From the IMG/VR virus record IMGVR_UViG_3300025168_000067, positions 8,633-72,632 of that record: DNA of 64,000 nucleotides. One strand, given 5' to 3'. Position numbers and translations under genes: made by a program. The DNA is from a virus. The notes beneath the pieces were generated by a model. It did not search any database. It saw only the letters and a list, made by a program, of their open reading frames with translations, and was not told where the DNA came from. Of the stretch, positions 10,091 through 19,484 are shown in pieces; within the stretch, counting starts at the first letter, position 1; every line of letters begins with the position of its first letter.

Positions 10091-11218
10091 ATGGCAAGTA
10101 ATTTTGACTCAGAAGACTCTCCAACAAGGAGATTTAATGTTGAGAAATATAGCGAAGAAGCCGCCGGCGGCCAACTGCGCGCCCCTATCGCTCCATATAT
10201 CGACGCTCCTGATTCTCTGGCTAATCAAAGACAAATGGTTGTGTCATTCAGACACGAATCATCTGGAAAAGAGGTGTATTTTAAGGCGTTTATCACCGCA
10301 CTTAACGAAACATATAACTCAGAATGGACCAGAGAAAAGGTTTTCGGCCGCGTTGATCCAATACAATTGTTCAGATCAACTGAAAGACAGATAACGTTAG
10401 CTCTGAAAGTCCCAGCCGCATCGATGAGTGAGGCTTATGAGAACTTAGGGAGGATACAGCTATTAACTCAGTTCTTATATCCGACATATATGGAGGACGG
10501 ATCGGCCGCACAGCTAATAGCACAAGCGCCCTTGGTGAGATTGAAGGTTATGAATTTAATAAAAACAAACAAAGCGGACGAAACGGCATCGGGCGTTGAA
10601 GGCCGAAAGTCGTTTAAAAACTATAAATCAGATTTAACTGCCACAAATGGTCTCTTGGGATCGATTGGGAACCTTCACGTAAATCATAACTTAGAGTCCA
10701 ATGAAGGAATCGTTATTGAGAAAGGTGTTAATACTATACTACCGACATTTATAGATATTAACCTTTCCTTCTCTCCAATTCACGAACACCCGATAGGGTG
10801 GAACGAGAAGGGTGAAGCACTCTCGGCAACATTTCCATACGGAGTTGATCTACATACGGAAGAACACAATATAGATGTTGAAGATGCATATGGCCTCGCG
10901 CACTCAAAAATTGATGGAGAAGACGTTCGCGGAACAGTCGAAAGCCAAGAAGCACTTGAGGAGTTCGTCGCCATGAATGAGCTAATGAAAGAAGAGTTTG
11001 CAGATCGCGACGTTGCACAACAAGCTCTTGATAACTCAGCCGCGCGATATAGTGGATGGTTTAGTGATTCAAGGTTCGATAAAGATTTACAAGCAGTTAA
11101 AGATGGCACTGCTAGCGACTACCAGCGTAGCTCGGTTGCAGGTGAGACAAATCGCCGGCACAGCAGAAAGGGCAAGTACAGTGAGTCGGTCAGATATATT
11201 TACGATCTAGAATACTAA
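10091..11218 (+). CDS. Baseplate/tail tube initiator-like protein
   Basis: FKAFITALNETYNSEW..VFGRVDPIQLF..TERQITL and APLVRL pattern typical of tube-fold baseplate proteins; follows the tape measure gene. Confidence 0.6.
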   Translation: MASNFDSEDSPTRRFNVEKYSEEAAGGQLRAPIAPYIDAPDSLANQRQMVVSFRHESSGKEVYFKAFITALNETYNSEWTREKVFGRVDPIQLFRSTERQITLALKVPAASMSEAYENLGRIQLLTQFLYPTYMEDGSAAQLIAQAPLVRLKVMNLIKTNKADETASGVEGRKSFKNYKSDLTATNGLLGSIGNLHVNHNLESNEGIVIEKGVNTILPTFIDINLSFSPIHEHPIGWNEKGEALSATFPYGVDLHTEEHNIDVEDAYGLAHSKIDGEDVRGTVESQEALEEFVAMNELMKEEFADRDVAQQALDNSAARYSGWFSDSRFDKDLQAVKDGTASDYQRSSVAGETNRRHSRKGKYSESVRYIYDLEY

Positions 11219-11234
11219 AGGAACGAAATCAACA

Positions 11235-11573
11235 ATGCCGAGATATAAAAACACATCTAAATTAGCCAACGACACAGATTATTATGACTTCTTAATGAAG
11301 AAAAGAAACATTAAGAGAGTGATCCAATATGAAACGCCGATCCTTTACAACCCAGATGTTATAGATCGCACTTTACTAAAAACTACACCACATATATGGA
11401 AATACGGCGATAGATACTATAATCTGGCATCACAGTATTATGGAAGTGTGACGTATTGGTGGGTTATAGCGTGGTATAACGGCATGCCAACCGAGGCCCA
11501 TCTGCGCCCAGGCGACGTGATCGAGATTCCAATAAATATAGAGAATGCATTGAAGACGCTAGGGGTAATTTAG
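11235..11573 (+). CDS. LysM-like baseplate wedge protein (gp53-like)
   Basis: HIWKYGDRYYNLASQYYGSVTYWWVIAWYN..GDVIEIP. Confidence 0.8.
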   Translation: MPRYKNTSKLANDTDYYDFLMKKRNIKRVIQYETPILYNPDVIDRTLLKTTPHIWKYGDRYYNLASQYYGSVTYWWVIAWYNGMPTEAHLRPGDVIEIPINIENALKTLGVI

Positions 11574-11574
11574 A

Positions 11575-14500
11575 ATGGGCTCAAGAGAGGTAGACCCCTT
11601 ATGGTCCGACATCGACGAAAAATTCAAACCGGGATCAAATTTTCGAAAGAGTCTTGCCGAGACATGGTGGGACGAAACACTGGCCAAGGTGGCTAGTCAA
11701 GTGTCTAATCCTGAGCCCGGCGGTGGAAAAGCCACCGCCCAGCAAATCAATGATTTGTATATCGGGACCACCGGCGCCGGAGCACAGCGCGGCGCCTACA
11801 CGCATATGTATGGCCGATATCATGCAATCTTAGGCGATGGTGCCGTCAGCAATCTGGATCCAGGTGTTACTTATCAAGTTTGGGATACCGCGACCCTTAA
11901 AGCAAAATTCCCCCCCGGTGGTACGGGGATGGACAACTTAGTTGAGAACAGTTCCGGCAGGCTTATGGCGTTTGTCGCCCTCCAACGCCACACCGCCAGC
12001 CCCGGCGCGGCCGGAACCAGCCCCACCCGCCCCCAGGCCGAGGTGGATGCAGAGGCTGCTAGATTTAAGAAAGCCATGGACATGTTCGCGACGTCTGGGT
12101 CATCAGTCCCCATCGCCGGAGCCTCCGGTACTTCGGTCGCCGACTTCAAAGAACAGTGTTTTATGTTGGCGCATATATTTAAATTTGTAGATTATAAAAT
12201 GAACAATGTTGAGCTTGTAGAGAGAAAAAGATTGCCATATAGCACCGGTGGTGGTTCTTCTTCCGATGGAAAAGTAAAAAATGCCTGCCTGATGATAGAT
12301 AGTGAGCCATATGGGTTCATGAATAAATTGACACAATATAGCTCACAATCGACTCTCTTAAATTTGCAAACGAGTGAAGTTTCCTCGCTTGTTCCACAAA
12401 TCAGATTGTTCAAAGTATATGAAAACGATAAAGGCGAGGAAATAAGTCAAGAATTCCACTTTGACTCTGCCCCAACTAAAAATTCAATTGAGTTTGCACT
12501 AGCAGACAGAAGGAAGCGCGGCGTAGGGGCAGGAATCAGCGATTTCACATTTTCATATGAGGGCACAAATCCATTTGGAGTAAAGAAGAGTATTAAGGCC
12601 AGTTTAACCCTGTTCGCTGCCAGCTTTGACGAATTGTTCCGACCACGGAACAATCTTCAAGATAAACTATATCGGTATGTTGATTTAGCATTGAAAACAG
12701 GAGGTCCAAATTTAGCTAACAAGCTTGATGCCACGAAGGGAACAGTAGAATATGAAAATCTGACAAGATTAAACTTCAGGATAAAAGCAGTCGTGGGATG
12801 GCAAACCCCCAAGGGAAAAACTGGTGCTGCAAGTTCTGATTTAACAAAAGCAGTAAATAACTCATTTGTGACACTAAACTTAACCCCAACGATACATAAG
12901 TTTGATATTGCAGATGATGGTTCGGTTAGATTTAACGTACAATATCTGGCTTATATAGAGAGCCACTTTGACAATAAAATGTTTAGTGTGTTTGGGACTG
13001 AATCATCTTTCAAAAACTCTTTAATTAGAAAGCTTACTGAATCCTCCTTGAGTCAGAACTGCCAGCCAAAAGAAATGGCGGCAATAAAAGACAAATTTCA
13101 AAAAAAGGCTAAAGATGATATTCGCAATATCGCGTCTTCGATTATTACCTCACTAACAAAAAAGAGATTACTCAGATATGTTAATATACCATATTCAAAA
13201 CTGAGATCTCTTAATATGGAAGGTCCATACTCAGATTTTGGTAAAGATTTTAATACGAAGGCAACAGCACCGTCTCCGGCCATTAAGAAAAAAATCGATG
13301 GACTATTGAGCACTGGTAAAGCTCTAAGTACGAGAGACCGTGCCGCGGCCCTAAATAGAGGTGCATTTTCTACCAGACCCTCCAAGGGTGGCCGCGCAGG
13401 TAAGTATTCTTGTGCATTTTTTTATGTTAGTGATCTAATAGATACAATTATAGAGGGAATAGACGATCGCCTCGAATCTGCCGACTCGATTTTGAGCGAG
13501 ATTGAAAAAGATACAGGTTTGATGAAGCTTATAAATGCCGAATTACTTCATGAAGAAAAGTTAGCATATATAAACCAAAAGAACGCATTTAAAAAAATGA
13601 GAGTCCTCTTGGGACCATTAGAGATAGTGAATCAACAAGATCCCACAGTTAGTAAATTTATAAATATGGGAGATATTCCGGTTTCAGTTAAATATTTTAC
13701 GGAATGGCTAGCCAGAAACACTATGAATCGCGCGACAGTGGTGTATCCTCTACCAAGATTTTTAGATCAGTTTTTCAAAAGTTTCGTGGGCACTTTTTTA
13801 AACGACGACACTTGCTTCGAGGGGGCGGTCAAACAAAGAACGTTGCTGACACAGGCCGTTGTAACATCATACAAGAAAAAACCATCAGATGATAGCGATG
13901 TTATAACAACAGCCATCGATAAGATGCGTACAGCACTAGAATCAACGATTTTGTCGCGTCTGCCGGTCAGCAAATGGCCGGCATATACAGGAAACCCAAG
14001 TGATCCGTGGCCGATATTAAATATATCAGGGGTTAGCAATACTCCGATTAGTGATGCCGGCGCAGAAAGTGAAATTAATTATCTTACATATTTTGCAGGC
14101 CGAGCCAACCCAGCCGAAAAACAAAATGGCGACTACGGCGAGGATAAAGAGAATGGCATCCACCACTATGCAATTGGGAAGGATCGGGGGATAGTCAAAA
14201 AAATCAGGATGACCGCAACTAATATACCCTTCTTAAAGGAGGTAAGGTTCGCACAAGAGGGATATAATGGTTTAGAACAACTGAGAGAAGTGTATGATGT
14301 CAATATCGATTCTTATGCAAACGTTGGTGTATTTCCGGGGACGTATATCTATGTTGATCCCCGCGGCTGGTCCCCCACCACAGAAGTTGCGAATGAAAAA
14401 GAACTGAAACAAATGCATAAGGCCGGCCAGATCACCGCCGCGACCCTAACATCAATTCTAGAAAATGATTTAACTAGATTTGGGATAGGAGGGTATTATA

Positions 14501-14781
14501 TGGTGAAACGCTCAGAGCATAGCTTCGGCCCCGGTAAAGCTAATACTGTGATCCAGGCTCAGTGGGTTATGTCGACGAACGACAATAGCGGCGATAGTTC
14601 TAAACCTGCGTCGGTCAGCAAGCCATCAAAAAGCAAGTGCCAAGTCAAAGGATCTAGCAACAATACCGTCGCCTCAGAATCAACGCGCTCAGCCGAAATA
14701 ACAAGTTATGTAGAGTCAGTTGAGTCAGTTGCAACGACCAAGTCATGGGCCGCTGCCGGCGCAATAGACTCGCCGGCGTAG
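11575..14781 (+). CDS. Large baseplate hub-like structural protein
   Basis: 1068 aa in the baseplate cluster; C-terminal FPGTYIYVDP and GIGGYYMV..SEHSF resemble gp27/GpD-type hub ends. Call is largely positional. Confidence 0.5.
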   Translation: MGSREVDPLWSDIDEKFKPGSNFRKSLAETWWDETLAKVASQVSNPEPGGGKATAQQINDLYIGTTGAGAQRGAYTHMYGRYHAILGDGAVSNLDPGVTYQVWDTATLKAKFPPGGTGMDNLVENSSGRLMAFVALQRHTASPGAAGTSPTRPQAEVDAEAARFKKAMDMFATSGSSVPIAGASGTSVADFKEQCFMLAHIFKFVDYKMNNVELVERKRLPYSTGGGSSSDGKVKNACLMIDSEPYGFMNKLTQYSSQSTLLNLQTSEVSSLVPQIRLFKVYENDKGEEISQEFHFDSAPTKNSIEFALADRRKRGVGAGISDFTFSYEGTNPFGVKKSIKASLTLFAASFDELFRPRNNLQDKLYRYVDLALKTGGPNLANKLDATKGTVEYENLTRLNFRIKAVVGWQTPKGKTGAASSDLTKAVNNSFVTLNLTPTIHKFDIADDGSVRFNVQYLAYIESHFDNKMFSVFGTESSFKNSLIRKLTESSLSQNCQPKEMAAIKDKFQKKAKDDIRNIASSIITSLTKKRLLRYVNIPYSKLRSLNMEGPYSDFGKDFNTKATAPSPAIKKKIDGLLSTGKALSTRDRAAALNRGAFSTRPSKGGRAGKYSCAFFYVSDLIDTIIEGIDDRLESADSILSEIEKDTGLMKLINAELLHEEKLAYINQKNAFKKMRVLLGPLEIVNQQDPTVSKFINMGDIPVSVKYFTEWLARNTMNRATVVYPLPRFLDQFFKSFVGTFLNDDTCFEGAVKQRTLLTQAVVTSYKKKPSDDSDVITTAIDKMRTALESTILSRLPVSKWPAYTGNPSDPWPILNISGVSNTPISDAGAESEINYLTYFAGRANPAEKQNGDYGEDKENGIHHYAIGKDRGIVKKIRMTATNIPFLKEVRFAQEGYNGLEQLREVYDVNIDSYANVGVFPGTYIYVDPRGWSPTTEVANEKELKQMHKAGQITAATLTSILENDLTRFGIGGYYMVKRSEHSFGPGKANTVIQAQWVMSTNDNSGDSSKPASVSKPSKSKCQVKGSSNNTVASESTRSAEITSYVESVESVATTKSWAAAGAIDSPA

Positions 14782-14827
14782 AGCGATATAGATTTATAAG
14801 CGATAGCCAACGCTTAAAAGGAAAAAT

Positions 14828-16018
14828 ATGTCAATAGGTTTTATAGAAAGCAACGAAGAAACAAGCAGAAAATTGTTTTATAAAAAGATGGTATATTTAT
14901 CTACCTTAGATTCTTTTAAATACACAAATTTAATGGATTTCGAATTTGCAGAAAAGAGAATGTACGGCAGAGTTAATCGACACTTTGAACCAATAATCAT
15001 ATCTGGAGATGTGGAACTAAGAAGTCTTGCATCAGCTGCAGATTCCCGGTCGCCTTTATCGGCACTAAACTTTGTGGTGGATGCATTTGAAAAACTATCC
15101 CAACAATTCGATAAATGTGCCCTATCGGGCAAAATAAACACATCGGACACACACTTATCCAAACTAAAAGCCCATAAAGCATATCAGAGCCCCAGAAAAC
15201 TGTATAAAGACCATATCTTGGAGATCAACAGGAGCTTGTCTGAGAATATCAAACATGCATCGCCGCCGGCTATGAATTTTGATGAATTTATTTTGAAGCT
15301 GCTACCCATGCTGGAGACTATATGTAAAGTTGAACCCTTCACTTTCCCCGGCTTTGTTAAAAGTCGTGTTTGCCCGATTAATGCATCCGGCTTGGCTATC
15401 GAGATTGCTGACTTAAAGCCAGATAACGATCTAGAAAAAATAAAACAATTTGTGGCTAGCCCAAACTGGGAGTTTTATCTAAATGCGTGTAATTCATATG
15501 GGTTCATGGTTGATATGCACATGCCATGGCGAATTGTAGCAGATCTTGCCGGCCCATCAACGTTAGAATATTCTTCTGTGTATGGCCTGCCCACAACCGA
15601 CCACATTTTAAATGTTGCATATAAGAAGGCTCATAAAAACTATCTTAGTGTGTTTAAAGATTTGATGTTTCGGGTTTATAGTGAGTCTATGGAAGATAGG
15701 GCATATATAGCCCACCACTGTAGCGAAGGGAAAGTGTCGCCAACAACAATATTTCCTGTTAAATATACACTGGATAAATTTCTTAGAAAATATGATGATT
15801 TATATTTTTTGGAGTTATACTGCAATATTAGATTTTATGAAGAAGAATCAAGATTTACCGATGGTGAGAAGCTCCGTCTGATCAACGAGTGTCTCGATAT
15901 CGCACGGCTTGATTTGAACATGGCTTTAGACTCTTTCGAAAGAATTATCAACAAAACACTTGACTATCGAGGCGCAATCAACTATATTATTAGAAGACGA
16001 GAAATCCTGGCGGACTAA
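14828..16018 (+). CDS. Hypothetical protein
   Basis: 396-aa ORF with SD (AAGGA), co-oriented; no recognised motif. Confidence 0.6.
   Translation: MSIGFIESNEETSRKLFYKKMVYLSTLDSFKYTNLMDFEFAEKRMYGRVNRHFEPIIISGDVELRSLASAADSRSPLSALNFVVDAFEKLSQQFDKCALSGKINTSDTHLSKLKAHKAYQSPRKLYKDHILEINRSLSENIKHASPPAMNFDEFILKLLPMLETICKVEPFTFPGFVKSRVCPINASGLAIEIADLKPDNDLEKIKQFVASPNWEFYLNACNSYGFMVDMHMPWRIVADLAGPSTLEYSSVYGLPTTDHILNVAYKKAHKNYLSVFKDLMFRVYSESMEDRAYIAHHCSEGKVSPTTIFPVKYTLDKFLRKYDDLYFLELYCNIRFYEEESRFTDGEKLRLINECLDIARLDLNMALDSFERIINKTLDYRGAINYIIRRREILAD
15960..15988 (+). promoter_or_regulatory. sigma70-type promoter for the replication genes
   Basis: TTGACT-N17-TATATT, about 30 nt before the family A polymerase start. 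Confidence 0.6.
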
Positions 16019-17202
16019 TGTATTTTCAAACACTTGACGACAAGCAAGAATGCGTTGGCGTATATGCCGACGGAAACCTACACTTTGACGACATTCCCAC
16101 CAATCTAACCCGAACGTGGCGACCCTCTGCCGACTACGGCGCCGATGTAGAATATGCGTGGATCTATGCCCAAGGCGAGACTATCGCGGAGGCATGCCCA
16201 GAATCTATAAAAGAGGAATGGTCGAAAATATCAAGGAGGCTGCAGGCGTATAAGAAGTCATTTGAGATTGGAAAGATAGATTTACGGGAACACTGCTTTT
16301 TCGACTTGGTACCACGCGATGCTCTGTCTCGCCTATGCGACGTCAAAAACAGAATCACAGAACATATTTTTGAGAACACCGAGAAACCCAAAAACTATGA
16401 TTATCTGGTTGGGGCAGAAAAGCTGCTGTACAAGATAAGGTACCAGGATCTAAAATTAGACAGTTCAGACTGTCGCAGCCTATTCACAAGCACAAATTTA
16501 CGCAATGCCTCAAAGAAGATAATGTCCGGTGCTCGCTATATTAATTATAACCTCTTTGGTACCGTTACAGGACGCCTTACGACACAATGTGGGTCTTTCC
16601 CTATCTTAACTATGAAAAAGGAACTGAGACGCCTTATAAAGCCACATAATGACTGGTTTATATCCATGGACTATAACGGTGCGGAGGCCCGCACCGTGCT
16701 GGCGCTTTCTGAACAACATCAGCCCGAAGACGACATTCATAATTGGAATATCGTTAATGTTTTTAAAAACCCAGACATGCACAGGGAAGAGGCAAAAACT
16801 ATGTTTTTCGCGTGGCTATATAACCCAGATTCACCAGATCTAAAAACTAATCACTATGATCGCAAAAAAGTACTTGACAGATACTATGACGGTGAATATA
16901 TTACTACTGTATTCGGACGCAATATCAAAGTCAGCGATTGGAAGGCGCTGAATTACCTAATTCAAAGCACCACCGCAGACCTTGTGATCGAGAGAGCAAT
17001 AGAAATCGACAAAATGTTGGAGGGCAAAAAAACGTTTATCTCACATATTGTACATGATGAGATAGTCATTGATTTTGCTGATGAAGATAGAGATATGATT
17101 AAAGAAATTAAAGAAGCGTTCGCTATAAATCGACTCGGAAGGTTCGAGGTGAATCTAAAGGCCGGCCAGAATTATTACGATTTGGATAATTTGGTTCTAT
17201 GA
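16018..17202 (+). CDS. Family A DNA polymerase, polymerase domain only
   Basis: TVTGRL, motif A SMDYNGAEAR, motif B EAKTMFFAWLY, ALNYLIQSTTADL, motif C IVHDEIV; 394 aa with no recognisable exonuclease domain. Confidence 0.85.
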   Translation: MYFQTLDDKQECVGVYADGNLHFDDIPTNLTRTWRPSADYGADVEYAWIYAQGETIAEACPESIKEEWSKISRRLQAYKKSFEIGKIDLREHCFFDLVPRDALSRLCDVKNRITEHIFENTEKPKNYDYLVGAEKLLYKIRYQDLKLDSSDCRSLFTSTNLRNASKKIMSGARYINYNLFGTVTGRLTTQCGSFPILTMKKELRRLIKPHNDWFISMDYNGAEARTVLALSEQHQPEDDIHNWNIVNVFKNPDMHREEAKTMFFAWLYNPDSPDLKTNHYDRKKVLDRYYDGEYITTVFGRNIKVSDWKALNYLIQSTTADLVIERAIEIDKMLEGKKTFISHIVHDEIVIDFADEDRDMIKEIKEAFAINRLGRFEVNLKAGQNYYDLDNLVL

Positions 17203-18059
17203 TCTCAATTGTAGGAATAGGTACGGGCGCCTCTGCTATTGCTCGCAAGTTTAGCGATATCACTCAATACGATGTATATGAGTTGAGTAACACGGTTAAG
17301 AAGAATAGTAAAAGAAAGCAGAAACTAAAGAAGTTTGAAACCCCAGAAGAATACGAAAAGAGTGTCCCAGATCTGAAGACCTTCTTTAAGGAACTCAAAG
17401 ATACAGTTCAGGTGTTTATTGTTGGTACAACATATAGTTCCAACTATTCTCTTGGGATCCTAGAGCAAATGAGTCACAAGAAGCTTGAGGTGTTTTATGT
17501 GAAGCCTGATATCGAACTTGTAAGTGGCGAAAGGAGCCTCATTGAAAATACAACATTTGGCGTTCTCCAAGAATATGCGCGTTCGGGACTTTTTGACTCC
17601 TTTACAGTGTTTTCTAATTTAGAGATCGAGAGAACCCTGGGTGATGTCCCAATCAAATCATATTATGATACCATCAACACCGCCATTTTCTCGGCAGTTC
17701 ATTATCTCAACTATTTTACTCACTCAGAGCCGGAAATCGGCCAAGTCGCCAAGCCCTCAGAAATAAACAGAATTCGCAGCATGGCCGTGCTTAATCCAAA
17801 GAATCTTCAAGAAAACTGGCTTTTTCAGCTTGACACCGAGCGTGAATTGTGTTATTATATATGTGTAAATGAGGAAAGGTTGGCGACAGAAGGGTCGCTA
17901 CATAGGAAATTAGTGAGCATTTTAAAAGAGAAGCCAACAAACGCATTTCGTAAGATCTCATACGCGATCTATGAAACTCCACACGATGATTTTGGGTACG
18001 TCGTGGCCCACACAAACACGATACAAAAACAACAAAAAACTCTTGACATAGTAGATTAA
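17199..18059 (+). CDS. Divergent tubulin/FtsZ-like protein
   Basis: N-terminal ISIVGIGTGASAIA, YVKPD..E, VFSN and YYDTINTAI follow the tubulin GTPase domain layout, but the GGGTGSG signature is absent. Confidence 0.5.
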   Translation: MISIVGIGTGASAIARKFSDITQYDVYELSNTVKKNSKRKQKLKKFETPEEYEKSVPDLKTFFKELKDTVQVFIVGTTYSSNYSLGILEQMSHKKLEVFYVKPDIELVSGERSLIENTTFGVLQEYARSGLFDSFTVFSNLEIERTLGDVPIKSYYDTINTAIFSAVHYLNYFTHSEPEIGQVAKPSEINRIRSMAVLNPKNLQENWLFQLDTERELCYYICVNEERLATEGSLHRKLVSILKEKPTNAFRKISYAIYETPHDDFGYVVAHTNTIQKQQKTLDIVD

Positions 18060-18071
18060 GAGTGTTACATT
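18043..18071 (+). promoter_or_regulatory. sigma70-type promoter upstream of ssb
   Basis: TTGACA-N17-TACATT with extended -10 TG. Confidence 0.6.
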
Positions 18072-18126
18072 AGGTGCTGAGGAGCCGCTCAGCACACTAT
18101 ACCATAAACAACAAAGGAGACAATAA

Positions 18127-18894
18127 ATGTCAATTAACATGGAACTAATGAGAAAGAAGCTTGCCACACTACGGGGCGAGGGAACAAGGGAACAATCAGT
18201 ATGGTTTAAGCCCGACGAAGGAGACCAGGATATCCGGATCGTGCCATCACCAGATGGAGATCCTCTTAAGGAGATGTATTTCCACTATAATGTGGGAAAC
18301 CACCGCGGCGGCATTGTATGCCCCAAGCGCAACTTTGGCGATGACTGCCCGATTTGCGAGTTTGCCTCGGCACTATGGCGCGAGGGAACAGAGACCAACG
18401 ATGAAGAGAGCAAGAAGCTTGCTAAGTCACTCTTTGTTCGCAATCGGTTCTTTTCACCAGTGGTGGTACGAGGCCGAGAAGATGAAGGAATCAAGATCTA
18501 TGGTTACGGTAAACGCGCCTATGAAAACCTTCTGGGATATATTCTAGATCCCGATTATGGTGATATCACCGATACTCTTGAGGGAACTGACATCTCTCTC
18601 ACATACACCAAGCCAACACAGGCTGGTGCATACCCCCAAACAAACCTAAAGATGCGTCGTAATACTTCCTCGCTCTTGGAGGATACGGATGCTATCGCTG
18701 CCCTCCTTGATAGTATGCCAGACATTGACTCTCTATTCGAGCGTCAAACTCCGGAGCAAATCAATGCAATCTTAGATGAGCAATTAGCCGGCGATGGAAG
18801 CGCTGAGTCCCGTTCGACGGAAACAACACGTTACAGCAGTGGCAAGAAGAATGACGTGGACCGAGCGTTTGACGAACTAATGGCCAACAAATAA
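18127..18894 (+). CDS. Single-stranded DNA-binding protein (T4 gp32-like)
   Basis: WFKPDEG..IRIVP, Zn site H..C..CPICE, YGDITD..GTDI, acidic C-terminal tail DVDRAFDELM. Confidence 0.8.
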   Translation: MSINMELMRKKLATLRGEGTREQSVWFKPDEGDQDIRIVPSPDGDPLKEMYFHYNVGNHRGGIVCPKRNFGDDCPICEFASALWREGTETNDEESKKLAKSLFVRNRFFSPVVVRGREDEGIKIYGYGKRAYENLLGYILDPDYGDITDTLEGTDISLTYTKPTQAGAYPQTNLKMRRNTSSLLEDTDAIAALLDSMPDIDSLFERQTPEQINAILDEQLAGDGSAESRSTETTRYSSGKKNDVDRAFDELMANK

Positions 18895-18915
18895 CACTAT
18901 AATTAGGTTCGTTTG

Positions 18916-18952
18916 ATGCCGCTGGCACCCCGGCATAAAATGGGTGCCGCAT
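18916..18952 (+). ncRNA. Putative H-type pseudoknot RNA element, copy 1
   Basis: S1 ATGCCG(18916-21)/CGGCAT(18931-36); S2 GGCACCC(18924-30)/GGGTGCC(18942-48); loops CT and AAAAT; intergenic. Confidence 0.6.
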
Positions 18953-18976
18953 TATTCTATACGAAAAGGAGATGTT

Positions 18977-19225
18977 ATGGAATTGTTAAAATCGTTATGG
19001 GCCAAATGGAAGGTCCATGTTAGTGTGGTGGGTGGTGTATTAGTCATCGCGACCGCATACGGGACTTGTTCAGTTGATCCGGAGGCCGTTTCGACAAGTA
19101 CAACCGGCCCGACAGATACTGTTGAAGTTTCTGCAACGACAACCACAACACCAGTTGAGACGGTGGCCTCACCAGAGACCACAGCCACAGCCGGCGCCAC
19201 GACCGCTACAACTACGACAGAGTAG
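18977..19225 (+). CDS. Small membrane-anchored protein with Thr-rich tail
   Basis: SD AAGGAG, hydrophobic VSVVGGVLVIATAYG segment, Thr/Ala-rich low-complexity C-terminus. Confidence 0.7.
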   Translation: MELLKSLWAKWKVHVSVVGGVLVIATAYGTCSVDPEAVSTSTTGPTDTVEVSATTTTTPVETVASPETTATAGATTATTTTE

Positions 19226-19231
19226 TGCAAA

Positions 19232-19265
19232 AGCCGCTGGCAGACCGGTTAAAAGTCTGCCGCAT
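19232..19265 (+). ncRNA. Putative H-type pseudoknot RNA element, copy 2
   Basis: S1 AGCCG(19232-36)/CGGTT(19246-50); S2 GGCAGAC(19239-45)/GTCTGCC(19255-61); loops CT and AAAA; compensatory changes relative to copy 1. Confidence 0.6.
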
Positions 19266-19295
19266 TTTTTAAACACAAACATGGAGAATAACAAA

Positions 19296-19484
19296 ATGGC
19301 TGATGGAATTAATATTTTAGAAGAGATGATTAACCGACTTGAGTGTATTCGTACGGATTACGCTAAGTTCTATGAGGATGGCAACAACGCTGCCGGCACA
19401 CGTGTCCGTAAGGTTATGCAAGAGATCAAAGTAGATGCTCAAGATTTGCGACTTCATATCCAAGAAACAAAGAATAGCGGCTGA
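19296..19484 (+). CDS. Histone H1-like (Hc1 family) small DNA-binding protein
   Basis: KFYEDGNNAAGTRVRKVMQEIK matches the Hc1-like GNxAAGxRxRK motif; SD GGAG at 19283. Confidence 0.7.
   Translation: MADGINILEEMINRLECIRTDYAKFYEDGNNAAGTRVRKVMQEIKVDAQDLRLHIQETKNSG

Noticed and set aside
1-16018. Bacterial eCIS or tailocin locus
   Set aside because: It is contiguous with a phage-type replication module, tRNAs and early genes on one strand, which fits a large phage genome.
17199-18059. Evidence for a nucleus-forming (PhuZ/chimallin) phage
   Set aside because: The tubulin signature is missing, no chimallin or multisubunit RNA polymerase gene is recognisable here, and the promoters are host sigma70-type.
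19090-19222. ACN-rich tandem repeat
   Set aside because: Explained by the Thr-rich low-complexity protein tail; there is no fixed-period DNA repeat.
18916-19265. Known riboswitch (fluoride, preQ1, SAM-II) for the pseudoknots
   Set aside because: The topology is loosely similar, but I could not match the conserved ligand-binding nucleotides and the downstream genes do not fit. An Rfam search is needed to exclude this formally.
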